A model generated the notes under the pieces. It saw only the letters and a list, made by a program, of their open reading frames with translations. It did no database searches and was not told the DNA's origin. The translations under genes and the position numbers were made by a program. 64,000 nt of DNA. It comes from an uncultured delta proteobacterium. GTDB taxonomy: Bacteria > Desulfobacterota > Binatia > HRBIN30 > BPIQ01. This document shows, one piece after another, positions 16,770 to 26,278 of this stretch. The stretch lies in the NCBI GenBank assembly GCA_963761335.1, contig CAVXGR010000017.1, positions 192,001 to 256,000 of the forward strand, given 5' to 3'. The stretch's first letter is position 1. Each line of letters starts with the position of its first letter.

Positions 16770-17057
16770 ATGGGGCTTCGCTTCGAATGGGATGGGCGGA
16801 AGGCTGCCCGAAACGAGAAAGATCATCGCGTATCGTTCGAGGAGGCGTTGACGGTTTTCGCCGACCCGCTTGCAAGAATCTTCGATGACGAGGATCATTC
16901 TGATGAGGAGCAACGTGAAATCATTGTCGGCCACTCAGAGAAGCGACGGCTGTTGATCGTGTGCTTCATCGAGCGGGACGAGGCCGTTCGGATCATCAGC
17001 GCACGCCGTGCAACGAGACGTGAACGAAATGACTACGAAGAAAACACCGAAAGGTAA
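16770..17057 (+). CDS. brnT: BrnT family toxin
   Basis: FEWDGRKAARNEKDH.VSFEEA..VF.DP...HS..E.R..I.G.S...LLIV.F.ER...RIISARRAT. Confidence 0.9.
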   Translation: MGLRFEWDGRKAARNEKDHRVSFEEALTVFADPLARIFDDEDHSDEEQREIIVGHSEKRRLLIVCFIERDEAVRIISARRATRRERNDYEENTER

Positions 17058-17274
17058 GAAGCCCGCCAAGAAGACCGGTCAGATGCCCAAGGAGTACCGG
17101 CTGGACTACGGAAAGTCTCGTCCAAATCGCTTCGCATCGCGAATGCAGGGGGACACTGTAGCGGTCGTTCTCGATCCCGACGTAGCTGAGTACTTTGATT
17201 CGTCTGACTCGGTGAATGCGCTCCTGCGTTCCGTGATCTCCGCCCTCTCGGAGAGTGCGAAGAGCGGAGGCTAA
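17029..17274 (+). CDS. BrnA-like antitoxin
   Basis: MPKEY..DY.K..PNRFA...VVLDPDVAEYF..S.SVNALLR; overlaps brnT; start uncertain. Confidence 0.75.
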   Translation: MTTKKTPKGKKPAKKTGQMPKEYRLDYGKSRPNRFASRMQGDTVAVVLDPDVAEYFDSSDSVNALLRSVISALSESAKSGG

Positions 17275-17366
17275 CCAGCCAATGCAGCGGACGCCCACCG
17301 GCGAGGTTCACCATGGACGGCGCGGATCATGACGCTGGTGGGCGCCGCTGATTGGCAGCGTTAGAG
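17269..17366 (+). mobile_element. attC site
   Basis: GGCTAAC-cagccaatgcagcgg...ccgctgattggcagc-GTTAGAG imperfect palindrome overlapping the stop codon. Confidence 0.8.
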
Positions 17367-17406
17367 GCCCAAGCGGAGGGCGGAAGCAAGGATCGAGAGA
17401 ACGATA

Positions 17407-18285
17407 ATGCCCGCGCACGGTACACATCGCCGCAACCATTACGTGCCGCGTTTCATGATCCAGTATTGGGAGAAGCTGAACGGGGGCGTGCGCGGCGTCT
17501 TTGTCCATTTGCTGGCCGAGGACCGGTCCTGTTTTGAACGGACAACGAAGAGGCGTCCTTACCCATTCGCAGTCGCGGAGGATCTGTACGTTCCGCTAAT
17601 TGATGGCCGTCGTGCCATTTCCATGGAAGCCCGCTGGCTCAATGAACAAGAGACGGCCCTGTCCGAGTTGGTTCGCCTGGCACATCAGCGGAGCGATCGA
17701 CTCGCACGCGACATCGCCGGCTACACCAGAATCAGTATGGCGCTCTTCGCGCTCGAGCAGCGTTCACGTTTCAATTTGGAGCATCTTCGCAGGGCTGTCG
17801 AGGACCGACCCGACCTTTGCGGGTACATCAGCGCCAGCCCAGAACGTGAACCACATCGCTTGGTGTTGGAGAACCTAATCCACCTGGCGATGGAAATGCA
17901 TACACGTCACTGGCCGCTGACTCTGACGTTCGTCCATGCTGGAAACGCGAACTTCATTCTGACCGACCGGCCTGGAGTCACCGATCCTGGAATGGCCGAG
18001 CGCGTGATGGTCTTGACCAACAAGGTTGCGGTTGTCTACCGGAAGGCTCTGGGGCAGCCCTCGTTTGAGCACATTGACGCTACAGAGGAGTTCGTGGATA
18101 CGGTGAAACGAATGCTTGCCATCAAAGCCAGAGATTGGATTGTGGCGGACGACCTCTCTCTGCTGAACCGTTGGGCTCAAGTGAGCAGATCAGCGGAGGC
18201 GGAAAACTATCGCCGCTCGGAAAGGATTGGGCGAGTTGAGCCGCTTCTCCTGCCAAGTGGCTTCAGCATTCGGCCAGACCCATGA
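17407..18285 (+). CDS. DUF4238-like protein (gene cassette)
   Basis: N-terminal RNHYVPRF, EDLY and FILTDRP motifs; lower GC than the flanks. Confidence 0.7.
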   Translation: MPAHGTHRRNHYVPRFMIQYWEKLNGGVRGVFVHLLAEDRSCFERTTKRRPYPFAVAEDLYVPLIDGRRAISMEARWLNEQETALSELVRLAHQRSDRLARDIAGYTRISMALFALEQRSRFNLEHLRRAVEDRPDLCGYISASPEREPHRLVLENLIHLAMEMHTRHWPLTLTFVHAGNANFILTDRPGVTDPGMAERVMVLTNKVAVVYRKALGQPSFEHIDATEEFVDTVKRMLAIKARDWIVADDLSLLNRWAQVSRSAEAENYRRSERIGRVEPLLLPSGFSIRPDP

Positions 18286-19052
18286 CGAGCCAGGCCACCT
18301 TGAGGCCGGACGGTTCCCATCGGAAGGGAATCGTCCGGACGGTTCTAGCGTTTGTCTTCCTGCTCGTCGCGTCGGGTGAAAGCGGCGCTCTCTGCGGAGA
18401 CTGCAACGGCGACGGCAGAGTGGCAGCGGACGAACTGGTGCAGACAGTGCACAATGTCTTTGCCGCTGGCGAACCGACGGCAACGCCGCTGCCCGATCGG
18501 TGCTCAAGCAGCCAGCCAGGGCAGAGGATCCATGCGGCCGGCAGCGACTGGATCGTTGTCGAGGCGCCAGTGACGTTGGACGACTCATCGATGCAGTTCG
18601 CCCTTCGATATCCGGTGCGACTCGACCAGGATGGTGATCTTTCCGGCGTGTCCCCGCGCCATCTCCAGCGTACGTGCTTTCCGCCCGACTTCTCTTGCCC
18701 ATATTTCCTAGGAGCGCTCACTTCCATTTGCGGCTACCGGGCTGCGACCAAGGCCGACGCCTCCCTCAGATCGAGCAACTATTCCGAGTCCACGCTCGGC
18801 TCGACAAAGAAGTACGTCTGGAGCAACTTCGTCTTCGTCCGCGCAGAGGCGACGATCGTTGTTGATCCGAACTACGATCCGATACGCATCACCCTCGATT
18901 TCACCCAGAACACAACCGCGGACGTTTCGGACATCTCGCGCTTCGGGTACAGCCTGATACGAGCGAGCTATCCACCACCAGCAGTCGACGAAGCAGCAAT
19001 CCGCAGCGACCTCGAGCAACTGCTGGGATACATCTCCATTCGGCCGAGGTAA
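18282..19052 (+). CDS. Hypothetical secreted protein with a dockerin-like GDCNGDG motif
   Basis: Hydrophobic signal, then CGDCNGDGRVAADELV; ATGA overlap with the upstream gene. Confidence 0.6.
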   Translation: MTSQATLRPDGSHRKGIVRTVLAFVFLLVASGESGALCGDCNGDGRVAADELVQTVHNVFAAGEPTATPLPDRCSSSQPGQRIHAAGSDWIVVEAPVTLDDSSMQFALRYPVRLDQDGDLSGVSPRHLQRTCFPPDFSCPYFLGALTSICGYRAATKADASLRSSNYSESTLGSTKKYVWSNFVFVRAEATIVVDPNYDPIRITLDFTQNTTADVSDISRFGYSLIRASYPPPAVDEAAIRSDLEQLLGYISIRPR

Positions 19053-19090
19053 CAGCGTGACCCATCCAGTGCGTATCGCGGGCGAGGCTG

Positions 19091-19154
19091 GCCTAACTCG
19101 CCGCTCCAGGCGACGGCCAAGAACGGGCCGCGCCTGAGCGCCAACACGTTCGGC
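19091..19154 (+). mobile_element. attC site
   Basis: GCCTAAC...ctccaggcgacggcc..ggccgcgcctgagcg...GTTCGGC. Confidence 0.75.
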
Positions 19155-19215
19155 TGGTCGCGCCGCAGGTTCCTCGGTTCTTGCTCGGCCACACGAGAGG
19201 GCGTAATTGAGGGTC

Positions 19216-19431
19216 ATGCCCAGCGTAACTTTGAAGGCCCACTATGATGGGGAGCGCATTCTACTCGACGAGCCGTTTGATCTTCCGCGCAACGCGTTGC
19301 TGTTGGTAACGGTCCTGCCGCCCGAGGGGAACAACGATCGAGTTGCGTGGGTCGCCGTAAGCAGCGCCGCTTTGGCGCGGGCCTTCGGCGACAACGAGCC
19401 TGAGTACACCCAGGCTGACATTCGCCGATGA
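19216..19431 (+). CDS. Putative antitoxin
   Basis: MPSVTLKAHYDGERILLDEP...W...S...LARAFGDNEPEY; ATGA overlap with a PemK/MazF gene. Confidence 0.7.
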   Translation: MPSVTLKAHYDGERILLDEPFDLPRNALLLVTVLPPEGNNDRVAWVAVSSAALARAFGDNEPEYTQADIRR

Positions 19432-19796
19432 AGGAGGGCGACGTTGTCCTCACGCCGCTGCCGCAGGCCGATGGGCAGATCAAGAATCGCCCTGCGATCG
19501 TCCTGCGGGCGATGCCGTTCTATGGGGATTTCCTGGTGTGCGGCGTAAGCACGCAGTTGCACCAAGAGGTTGTGGGCTTCGATGATCCGATACGACCCGC
19601 CGACGCGGACTTTACCAAGAGCGGGCTCAAGGCCCCTTCGCTCATTCGGTTGGGGTTCTTGGCCGTCCTCCCGGCAAGCAGCCTCCTCGGTGCAATCGGA
19701 TCAATTGAGAGCGCGCGCCACGTGCGGCTGCTCGAGCGATTGAGCAATCATCTCCGGCCGGCACCGGCTGCTGCGCCGGGAGCTCCGACGGACTAG
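19428..19796 (+). CDS. PemK/MazF family toxin
   Basis: MKEGDVVL.P.PQADG..K.RPAIVL...DFLVCGVST...SGLK.PSLIR. Confidence 0.85.
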   Translation: MKEGDVVLTPLPQADGQIKNRPAIVLRAMPFYGDFLVCGVSTQLHQEVVGFDDPIRPADADFTKSGLKAPSLIRLGFLAVLPASSLLGAIGSIESARHVRLLERLSNHLRPAPAAAPGAPTD

Positions 19797-19821
19797 CGAT
19801 GGGCTGCTCGGACGTGGGCGG

Positions 19822-19917
19822 GCCGAACCAGCCGCTGGAGCCGCCGGCGGGGAGGTGCTGCGCGCTTGAATCGAGGCGTCTGTTGACCCGCCGCGGCTCG
19901 GCGGCATGACGTTGGGC
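19822..19917 (+). mobile_element. attC site
   Basis: GCCGAAC-cagccgctggagccgc...gcggctcggcggcatgac-GTTGGGC. Confidence 0.7.
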
Positions 19918-20072
19918 GTACTCCTATGACGCACCCGCACCGCCACGCCTCCGCGTTGATGTTTCATCTCACGGGTGCCGTCGAGCTGTGACTTCATCTA
20001 CGCCGTGATTCGTCGATGCCACACTTCCCGTCGTGCTGTGGATCGAGGAAGAGATGCGCCTTCCACTCCCGT

Positions 20073-20172
20073 GCGGGCGCCGGTATCTTCCGCGCATGGG
20101 AGCCGCGCCGGGAATCGATTCTGACCGGGCATGCTCGACGACCGTCACCGGCACGGTGATCGCGGTGAGCCG
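20073..20172 (+). pseudogene. Diverged duplicate of the MOSC gene 5' end
   Basis: RRRYLPRMGAAPGIDSDRA..TVTGTVIAVSR versus RRRYFPDMGAAAEIDSDRA..TIAGTVIAVSR at 14383-14483. Confidence 0.7.
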
Positions 20173-20194
20173 GTTTGAGGGTCGAGAGAAGCTC

Positions 20195-20269
20195 TCACGC
20201 AACGGCGCCACGGCGCAACGTCAAGGCTCTCGCGGGATCGCGGCGTTGCGCCGTGGCGCCGTTGCGTGA
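20195..20269. repeat. 26-bp perfect inverted repeat (REP-like)
   Basis: tcacgcaacggcgccacggcgcaacg / cgttgcgccgtggcgccgttgcgtga. Confidence 0.85.
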
Positions 20270-20384
20270 ATCCGAGGAAACGGCGCGGTCGAACCTCCCC
20301 CTCCCTGAGCTTGTCCTGTCCCGTTTCCCCGGCTGCCGGCCGCCGTGGTAAGAAGAGCCGAGTTGTCCCATAGGGGGAGCGAAG

Positions 20385-21728
20385 ATGCAGCCAAAATCCG
20401 GCGGAGGCCGGCGGCGCGGCGAGCGATCCAATCCGCGCCAGGACACAGAGCGAACAGATTCCGCCGGATGCGCGCGCTCGGCGTCTCCGCGGGCCATTGC
20501 CGCGGCCCTCGAGCGGCAGCGGCAGGAGCAGGAGATCATTCTCGACTCGATGCCGGCGTTGGTCTGGTACAAGGACCGCGAGAACCGCATCATCCGCGCC
20601 AATCGCGCCGCCGCCGAGTCGATGGGGACGACGCCGGAGAACCTGGTTGGCCGATCGACCTATGAGCTCTATCCGGAGGAGGCGGCCAAGTATCACCGCG
20701 ACGATCTGGAGGTGATCGACTCGGGTCAGCCCAAGCTAGGCATCGAAGAGCTCCTGGAGACGGGCTCCGGGCAGAAGCGCTGGGTGCGCACCGACAAGAT
20801 CCCCTACCGCGACGAGCATGGCGAGATCGTCGGCGTCATCGTCTTCGCGGTCGACGTCACCGATCACAAGCACGCCGAGGAGGCGCTGCGACAGGCCCGC
20901 GATGAGCTCGACGCTCGCGTGCGCGAACGCACGGCGGAGCTGGCCGCGGCCGTGGAGAGCCTGCGCGCCCAGATCGACGAGCGGCAGCGTACCGAGAAGC
21001 AGCTGCGGGAGCATCAGGCGGAGCTGGCGCACGTGCTGCGGCTGTGGACGATCGAGGGTATGGCGGCCGAGTTCGCGCACGAGATCAATCAGCCGCTCGG
21101 CGCCATCGCCAACTTCGCCGGCGGCATGGCGGCGCGGCTGCGCGACGGTCGCACCGACCCGGCGCAGATGATCGACACCGCCGAGCAGATCTCCGATCAG
21201 GCGGTGCGCGCCGCCCTGGTGATCCGCCGGGTACGCGAGTTCGCTCGCAAGGATGCCTTGAAGCGGGTCGTCTGCGATCTGAACGAGCTGGTGCGCGATG
21301 CCACACGGCTCGTCGAGCCGGATCTGCGGCAGCATCGGATCGCGCTGCATCTGCGCCTGACATCCGATCTCCCCCCGATCCACGCCGCCTGTATTCAGAT
21401 CGAGCAGGTCATCCTCAACCTGCTGCGCAATGGTGTCGATTCCATCGCCGCCGCTGGCGCCTCGGAAGGCGAGCTGGTGGGGCAGACGATGATCGCCGGC
21501 GGCATGCTGGAGGTGACGGTGCGGGACAGCGGCACGGGGATCGCCCCGGACGCCTGGGAGAAGCTCTTCGCCCCATTCTTCACGACCAGGAGCGAGGGGC
21601 TCGGACTGGGTCTGTCCATCAGCCGCTCCATCATCGAGTCCCACGGCGGCCGCATCTGGGTCGGACCAAAGCTCGACCGCGGCGCCATCTTCGGCTTCAG
21701 CTTGCCCGCCTTCCGGGCACAGTCTTGA
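20385..21728 (+). CDS. PAS/PAC sensor histidine kinase
   Basis: PAS (ILDSMP..VWYKD), H-box AHEINQPL, N-box QVILNLLRN, DSGTGI, FFTTR..GLGLGL. Confidence 0.92.
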   Translation: MQPKSGGGRRRGERSNPRQDTERTDSAGCARSASPRAIAAALERQRQEQEIILDSMPALVWYKDRENRIIRANRAAAESMGTTPENLVGRSTYELYPEEAAKYHRDDLEVIDSGQPKLGIEELLETGSGQKRWVRTDKIPYRDEHGEIVGVIVFAVDVTDHKHAEEALRQARDELDARVRERTAELAAAVESLRAQIDERQRTEKQLREHQAELAHVLRLWTIEGMAAEFAHEINQPLGAIANFAGGMAARLRDGRTDPAQMIDTAEQISDQAVRAALVIRRVREFARKDALKRVVCDLNELVRDATRLVEPDLRQHRIALHLRLTSDLPPIHAACIQIEQVILNLLRNGVDSIAAAGASEGELVGQTMIAGGMLEVTVRDSGTGIAPDAWEKLFAPFFTTRSEGLGLGLSISRSIIESHGGRIWVGPKLDRGAIFGFSLPAFRAQS

Positions 21729-21842
21729 TGTGGCGGATCGGCGAGCCTGGCCACGGGGTCGGATCGAGAACGTCCGGCGCCGCAGTTGGACACCGCCGGC
21801 CGAACGGCTAAGATCGCGAACACCGACGAGAGGAGGATTTCG

Positions 21843-22013
21843 ATGCCCGTCCCGTTCGAAGGCGGATGCCGTTGCGGAGCGGTTCGCTACCGCTGCACGT
21901 CGGAGCCCGCCGCGGTCGTTCCCCCTTCGACAGCGCCACCGACGAGTGCGCCTCCGTGGGCTGGCGTGCGCGACGACCTGGTGAAATGTCCGAAGGACTT
22001 CGGATCGACTTGA
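21843..22013 (+). pseudogene. Truncated GFA/CENP-V family gene
   Basis: SD GAGGAGG; MPVPFEGGCRCGAVRYRC, then the expected CHCxxC motif is missing. Confidence 0.6.
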
Positions 22014-22035
22014 TGTTTGCTTCAAACCATCGGCC

Positions 22036-23091
22036 ATGATTGAGCCCCCGCGCGGTCGCGGTACCGGGCAGAACCCCGAGAACCGCTACGAGCAGATCCA
22101 CCTGGAGTACGATGCGGCGGAGGGCGCCGAGGAGGAGGTCGCGGTTCCGACGGTTCTCTACCGCGACCGCAGCCGCTCGATCCTCGCCGAGAACGACAGC
22201 CCCGACATTCCGTTTCGCTTCAGCCTGAATCCCTATCGCGGCTGCGAGCACGGTTGTATCTACTGCTATGCGCGGCCGTCGCACGAGTACCTGAGCTTCA
22301 GCGCCGGTCTGGACTTCGAGCGCCGCCTGATGGTGAAGGAGGACGCGCCCGAGCTGCTGCGCCAAGCATTGCTCTCGCCCCGCTGGCAGCCGCAGACGGT
22401 CTGCCTGTCCGGGAACACCGATTGCTACCAGCCGGTGGAACGCCATCTGCGGCTGACGCGCCGCTGTCTCGAGGTCTTCGCGGAGCTTCGCAATCCCGTG
22501 GGCGTGATCACCAAGAGCGCCCTGGTGACCCGCGACATCGACATTTTGTCGGATCTGGCGCGCGCCGATGCGGCGCACGTGTTCGTATCGATCACCAGCC
22601 TCGACGACGAGCTCGCCGGCCGCATGGAGCCGCGCGCGGCGCGTCCGAGCCGGCGCCTCGAGGCGGTGGCGGGGCTCGCCGCCGCGGGCATTCCCGTCGG
22701 CGTGATGGTGGCCCCGGTGGTTCCGGGGCTCAACGACTCCGAGATTCCCGCGATCGTCGCCGCGGCCGCGGATGCGGGTGCGCGCAGCGCCGGGTACATC
22801 CTCTTGCGCCTGCCCAAGCCCGTCGATGCGCTGTTTGCGGAGTGGCTGGAGGTCCATTACCCGGAGCGCCGCCAGCGCGTTCTCGGACGCATCCGCCAGT
22901 GCCGCTCCGGCCGCTTGAGCGATGCGCGCTTCGGGCAGCGCATGCGCGGGCAGGGCGCCTACGCCGAGCACATCGGCGCGCTCTTCCACGCCGCCGCCAA
23001 GCGCCACGACCTCGATCGCGCGCTGCCCGCTCTCAGCGCCGCCGGCTTCGCGCGCCCGGCGCAACCCGGCGAGCAGATGAAGCTGTGGTGA
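22036..23091 (+). CDS. PA0069/Rv2578c-family radical SAM protein (spore photoproduct lyase-like)
   Basis: SLNPYRGCEHGCIYCYARPSHEY, SGNTDCYQPVE, ITKS, APVVPGLND. Confidence 0.9.
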   Translation: MIEPPRGRGTGQNPENRYEQIHLEYDAAEGAEEEVAVPTVLYRDRSRSILAENDSPDIPFRFSLNPYRGCEHGCIYCYARPSHEYLSFSAGLDFERRLMVKEDAPELLRQALLSPRWQPQTVCLSGNTDCYQPVERHLRLTRRCLEVFAELRNPVGVITKSALVTRDIDILSDLARADAAHVFVSITSLDDELAGRMEPRAARPSRRLEAVAGLAAAGIPVGVMVAPVVPGLNDSEIPAIVAAAADAGARSAGYILLRLPKPVDALFAEWLEVHYPERRQRVLGRIRQCRSGRLSDARFGQRMRGQGAYAEHIGALFHAAAKRHDLDRALPALSAAGFARPAQPGEQMKLW

Positions 23092-23109
23092 CCGCGCCGC
23101 AGATCGCAA

Positions 23110-24498
23110 TCAGCCCCGGCGCGGCCCCGTGGTCACCGTCATGCGCATCGCCGTGAGCAGGAGAACGGCGGAGAGGGCCTGCGCCGCGGCCACCAGCGCG
23201 AAGATGGCGTCCACTCCGGAACCGAAGTGCAGCGCGAGCAGCAGGGCCCCGATGACCACCAGCGAGACGCGAATCGCCATCACGCCCAGGGGGATGGTGG
23301 CGCGACCGATTCCCTGAAAGCTGAAGGCCAGGGTCATGGAGATCGCCAGAAACGGATACGAGAGACCGATGATGTGAAAGTACGTCTGCCCGACGGCGTG
23401 GATTGCCGGATCGTCGGTGAAGATGCCGAACCACAGGTCGGGCCAGACGTAGAGAATGGCCACCGGCGCGCTCACCGCCGCCACCATGAGGAGAACGGCG
23501 CGGCGGATGTAGCGGCCGACGAGCTCAACGCGCTCGGCGCCGAAGGCGAAGCCGACCAGCGTCAGCACGGCGATGCCGGTCCCGTAGCACAGGGTGAGGA
23601 GAAGGAAGTCGAAGCGGCTCCCCAGCCCGTAGGCGGCGAGCTCGGCAGTGCCGAGGCGGGCCATGATGATGGTCAGCACGATCATGCCGAGATAGTTGAG
23701 CAAGGTTCCCAGCGAGGCGGGAACGCCGACGCGCAGGATGCCGCTCAGGGGCGCCATCTGCACGCGGCGAGGGAGCAGGCGCGGGCGCAGCAGGCTGCGG
23801 CGGCCGAAGACGTGCGGCAGGCGCGGCAGGAAGCCGATCAGCTGGCCGGTCAGGGTGGCGGCGGGCGCTCCGCGAATGCCGAAGCCGAGGGTGAACATGA
23901 AGAGCGGCGTCAGCGCGATCTGGGTTACCAGCGACAGGGTCGAGTAGATCGCCGGAATGCGCACGTTGCCGGCGCCGCGCAGGATGCTGTCACAGGTCGC
24001 GACCATGAAGGTGAGCGTCAGGCCGGCGAACAGAACTCGGCCGAAGGCGACGGCGCTGTCCAGCACGCCTCCGCTGGCGCCCATGCCGCGGAATACCGAG
24101 GGGGCGGCGCTCACCAGCGCCAGGCTGAGGAGGATTCCCAGAGTACCGGCGAGCCCGAAGGCGTGCTCGGCGACCGCCTTGGCGTCTTCGCCGCGGCTGG
24201 CGCCGAGGGCGCGCGCCACCGCCGAGGAGATGCCGGCGCCGATGCCTCCGCCCATGAGCGTCGTCAGGATCAAGGTGATCGGGAACACCAGAGAGACGGC
24301 GGCGATCGCCTCCGCGCCCAGGCGGCTCACGAAGTAGGTGTTGAGGATGTTCGACAGCGCCGCGACGCTCATCACGCCGGTGGTCGGCGCTGCCAGGCGG
24401 AGGAGGGCGCGGAACGCCGGCTGGGCGAGGATCTCCGCGGGAGTCGGCCCTGACTTTCGGGACACCTCCCTGTCGTCGATCGCGCCGCTCGTCTGCAT
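23110..24498 (-). CDS. MATE family efflux transporter
   Basis: Multiple TM segments; YFVSRLG.EAIAAVSLVFP, ILRGAGN, FQGIGR. Confidence 0.9.
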   Translation of the reverse strand: MQTSGAIDDREVSRKSGPTPAEILAQPAFRALLRLAAPTTGVMSVAALSNILNTYFVSRLGAEAIAAVSLVFPITLILTTLMGGGIGAGISSAVARALGASRGEDAKAVAEHAFGLAGTLGILLSLALVSAAPSVFRGMGASGGVLDSAVAFGRVLFAGLTLTFMVATCDSILRGAGNVRIPAIYSTLSLVTQIALTPLFMFTLGFGIRGAPAATLTGQLIGFLPRLPHVFGRRSLLRPRLLPRRVQMAPLSGILRVGVPASLGTLLNYLGMIVLTIIMARLGTAELAAYGLGSRFDFLLLTLCYGTGIAVLTLVGFAFGAERVELVGRYIRRAVLLMVAAVSAPVAILYVWPDLWFGIFTDDPAIHAVGQTYFHIIGLSYPFLAISMTLAFSFQGIGRATIPLGVMAIRVSLVVIGALLLALHFGSGVDAIFALVAAAQALSAVLLLTAMRMTVTTGPRRG

Positions 24499-24595
24499 GG
24501 GAAACACGGAGGCATACAGCGATGGCGCCGCGCAGTCCAATCGGCGCTGTCCGCCTTGGACTTCCGCCGCCGCTTTCGGGCATGCTCGGGTGGCG

Positions 24596-25018
24596 ATGAG
24601 CTTCCAGGAACCGACCGATCGCTCCTTCCCGGCGCTGTCGGGAACCGCGTGGAGAGTCGCGGACGCCAGTGGGGCGATCGGCGCCGGCGCCCTACCGGCC
24701 GAGTTTGCGCGCGGGGATTTCCTCGTCGGCGCTCGCGGCTGCGGCGAGGGTTGCGGCGAAGCCGTGGCGCGCCAGCTGCGCTCTGGCGGCGTGGCTGCGG
24801 TCATCGCCTGCACCATCGCGCCGTCGTTCTTCGAGGGTGCCCTGGAGGCCGGCCTGCCGGCGGTGGCCATCGAAGAGGCAGCCGCCATCAAGGCGGGGGA
24901 CGGCCTGCGCGTCGATATCGAGACCTTCCGCGTCGTCAACTTCAGCTCCGGTGACCGCTACGTCATCCGCAATCTCGACGACGCCTTGCTCGCCCGCCTG
25001 CGGTTGCATGCCCGCTGA
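24596..25018 (+). CDS. LeuD/HacB-like aconitase swivel-domain protein, degenerate
   Basis: GDFLVG..GCG.G, GVAAVIA..IA..FF...GLP, I..GD.LRVD; lacks DTD and GSSRE motifs. Confidence 0.6.
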   Translation: MSFQEPTDRSFPALSGTAWRVADASGAIGAGALPAEFARGDFLVGARGCGEGCGEAVARQLRSGGVAAVIACTIAPSFFEGALEAGLPAVAIEEAAAIKAGDGLRVDIETFRVVNFSSGDRYVIRNLDDALLARLRLHAR

Positions 25019-25072
25019 CGAGCGGCGGCGCACCCTTGCGCCGGCCGCACGGCTTCTGCGAAAAGCGCGACG

Positions 25073-26161
25073 ATGATCTACAGGCTGCTGCGCCCGCTCC
25101 TCTTCTCTCTCGATCCGGAGTGGGCGCATACCGCGGTGATGCGCATGTTGCCCGTCGCTGAGGTCATGGCGCGGCATCTGCCGAAGACGCCTCCTCTGCA
25201 GGCGGAGTCGCTGGCTCAGGATCTCTGGGGGCTGCATTTTCCCAACCCGGTCGGGCTCGCCGGCGGCTTCGACAAGAGCGCCGTGGCGCCACACGTGTGG
25301 CCGCTGCTCGGGTTCGGCTTCGCCGAGCTCGGCACCATTACCGCCGAAGCCCAGCCGGGAAACCCCCGGCCGCGGATCTTCCGGCTGCCGCGGGACCGCG
25401 CCTTGATCAACCGGCTGGGGTTCAACAACGACGGCGCCGCGGCGGTGGCGGCGCGGCTGCAGCGCGGCGGCTGGCGCCGGCCCGCGATTCCCATCGGCAT
25501 CAACCTGGGCAAGTCGCGCGTGACCCCGGTTGCGGAAGCGGCAGCGGACTACGCGCGCAGCCTGGCGCTTCTCTTCCCGGTTGCCGACTACGTGGCCGTC
25601 AACGTCAGCTCCCCGAACACCCCGGGCTTGCGCGGACTCCAGGACGAGGCACAGCTGCGGCAGCTTCTGGCCCATCTGCAGGAAGCAAATGCCGCCCTGT
25701 CGCGCCAGTACACCACAGTGCCGCGGCCGCTCCTGGTGAAGATCGCTCCCGATCTGGACGACGCCGCGGTGGCGGCGGCAGTCGCCGTGGCCGCCGATGC
25801 CGGTGCTGCCGGCATCATCGCGACCAATACCACCCTCTCTCGGGAAGGCCTGCTGCAGAGGACCGCTGAGGCCGGTGGCCTCAGCGGAGCACCGCTGCGC
25901 CGGCGATCGACCGCGGTGATCCGCCTCGTCTACCGCGCCACCCGGGGCGAGATGCCGATCGTCGGCGTCGGCGGCATCTTCGGCCCGGAGGACGCCTACG
26001 AGAAGCTTTGCGCCGGCGCCTCGCTGCTTCAGGTGTATACGGGGCTGATCTACGAGGGCCCGCTTCTCGCCCGCTCGATTGTCCGCGGCCTCCGCCGCCT
26101 CCTCGCTCGGGACGGATTCACCCACCTGCGCGAGGCGATCGGCGTCTCGGCGGGGAGGTAG
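25073..26161 (+). CDS. pyrD: Dihydroorotate dehydrogenase (quinone, class 2)
   Basis: NPVGLAGGFDK, QPGNPRPRIFRL, INRLGFNN, NVSSPNTPGLR, VKIAPD, TNTT, GGLSG. Confidence 0.95.
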   Translation: MIYRLLRPLLFSLDPEWAHTAVMRMLPVAEVMARHLPKTPPLQAESLAQDLWGLHFPNPVGLAGGFDKSAVAPHVWPLLGFGFAELGTITAEAQPGNPRPRIFRLPRDRALINRLGFNNDGAAAVAARLQRGGWRRPAIPIGINLGKSRVTPVAEAAADYARSLALLFPVADYVAVNVSSPNTPGLRGLQDEAQLRQLLAHLQEANAALSRQYTTVPRPLLVKIAPDLDDAAVAAAVAVAADAGAAGIIATNTTLSREGLLQRTAEAGGLSGAPLRRRSTAVIRLVYRATRGEMPIVGVGGIFGPEDAYEKLCAGASLLQVYTGLIYEGPLLARSIVRGLRRLLARDGFTHLREAIGVSAGR

Positions 26162-26278
26162 AAGGGCGGTTCTCCGAGGTCATGGCGAGCACCCGGGCCG
26201 GCGGCTATAATACCGGCGTGTAGACATTTCTCAGGACACCCCCGGTGTCCGCCAGAGCGAGAGGGGGAAGGGGTCACG

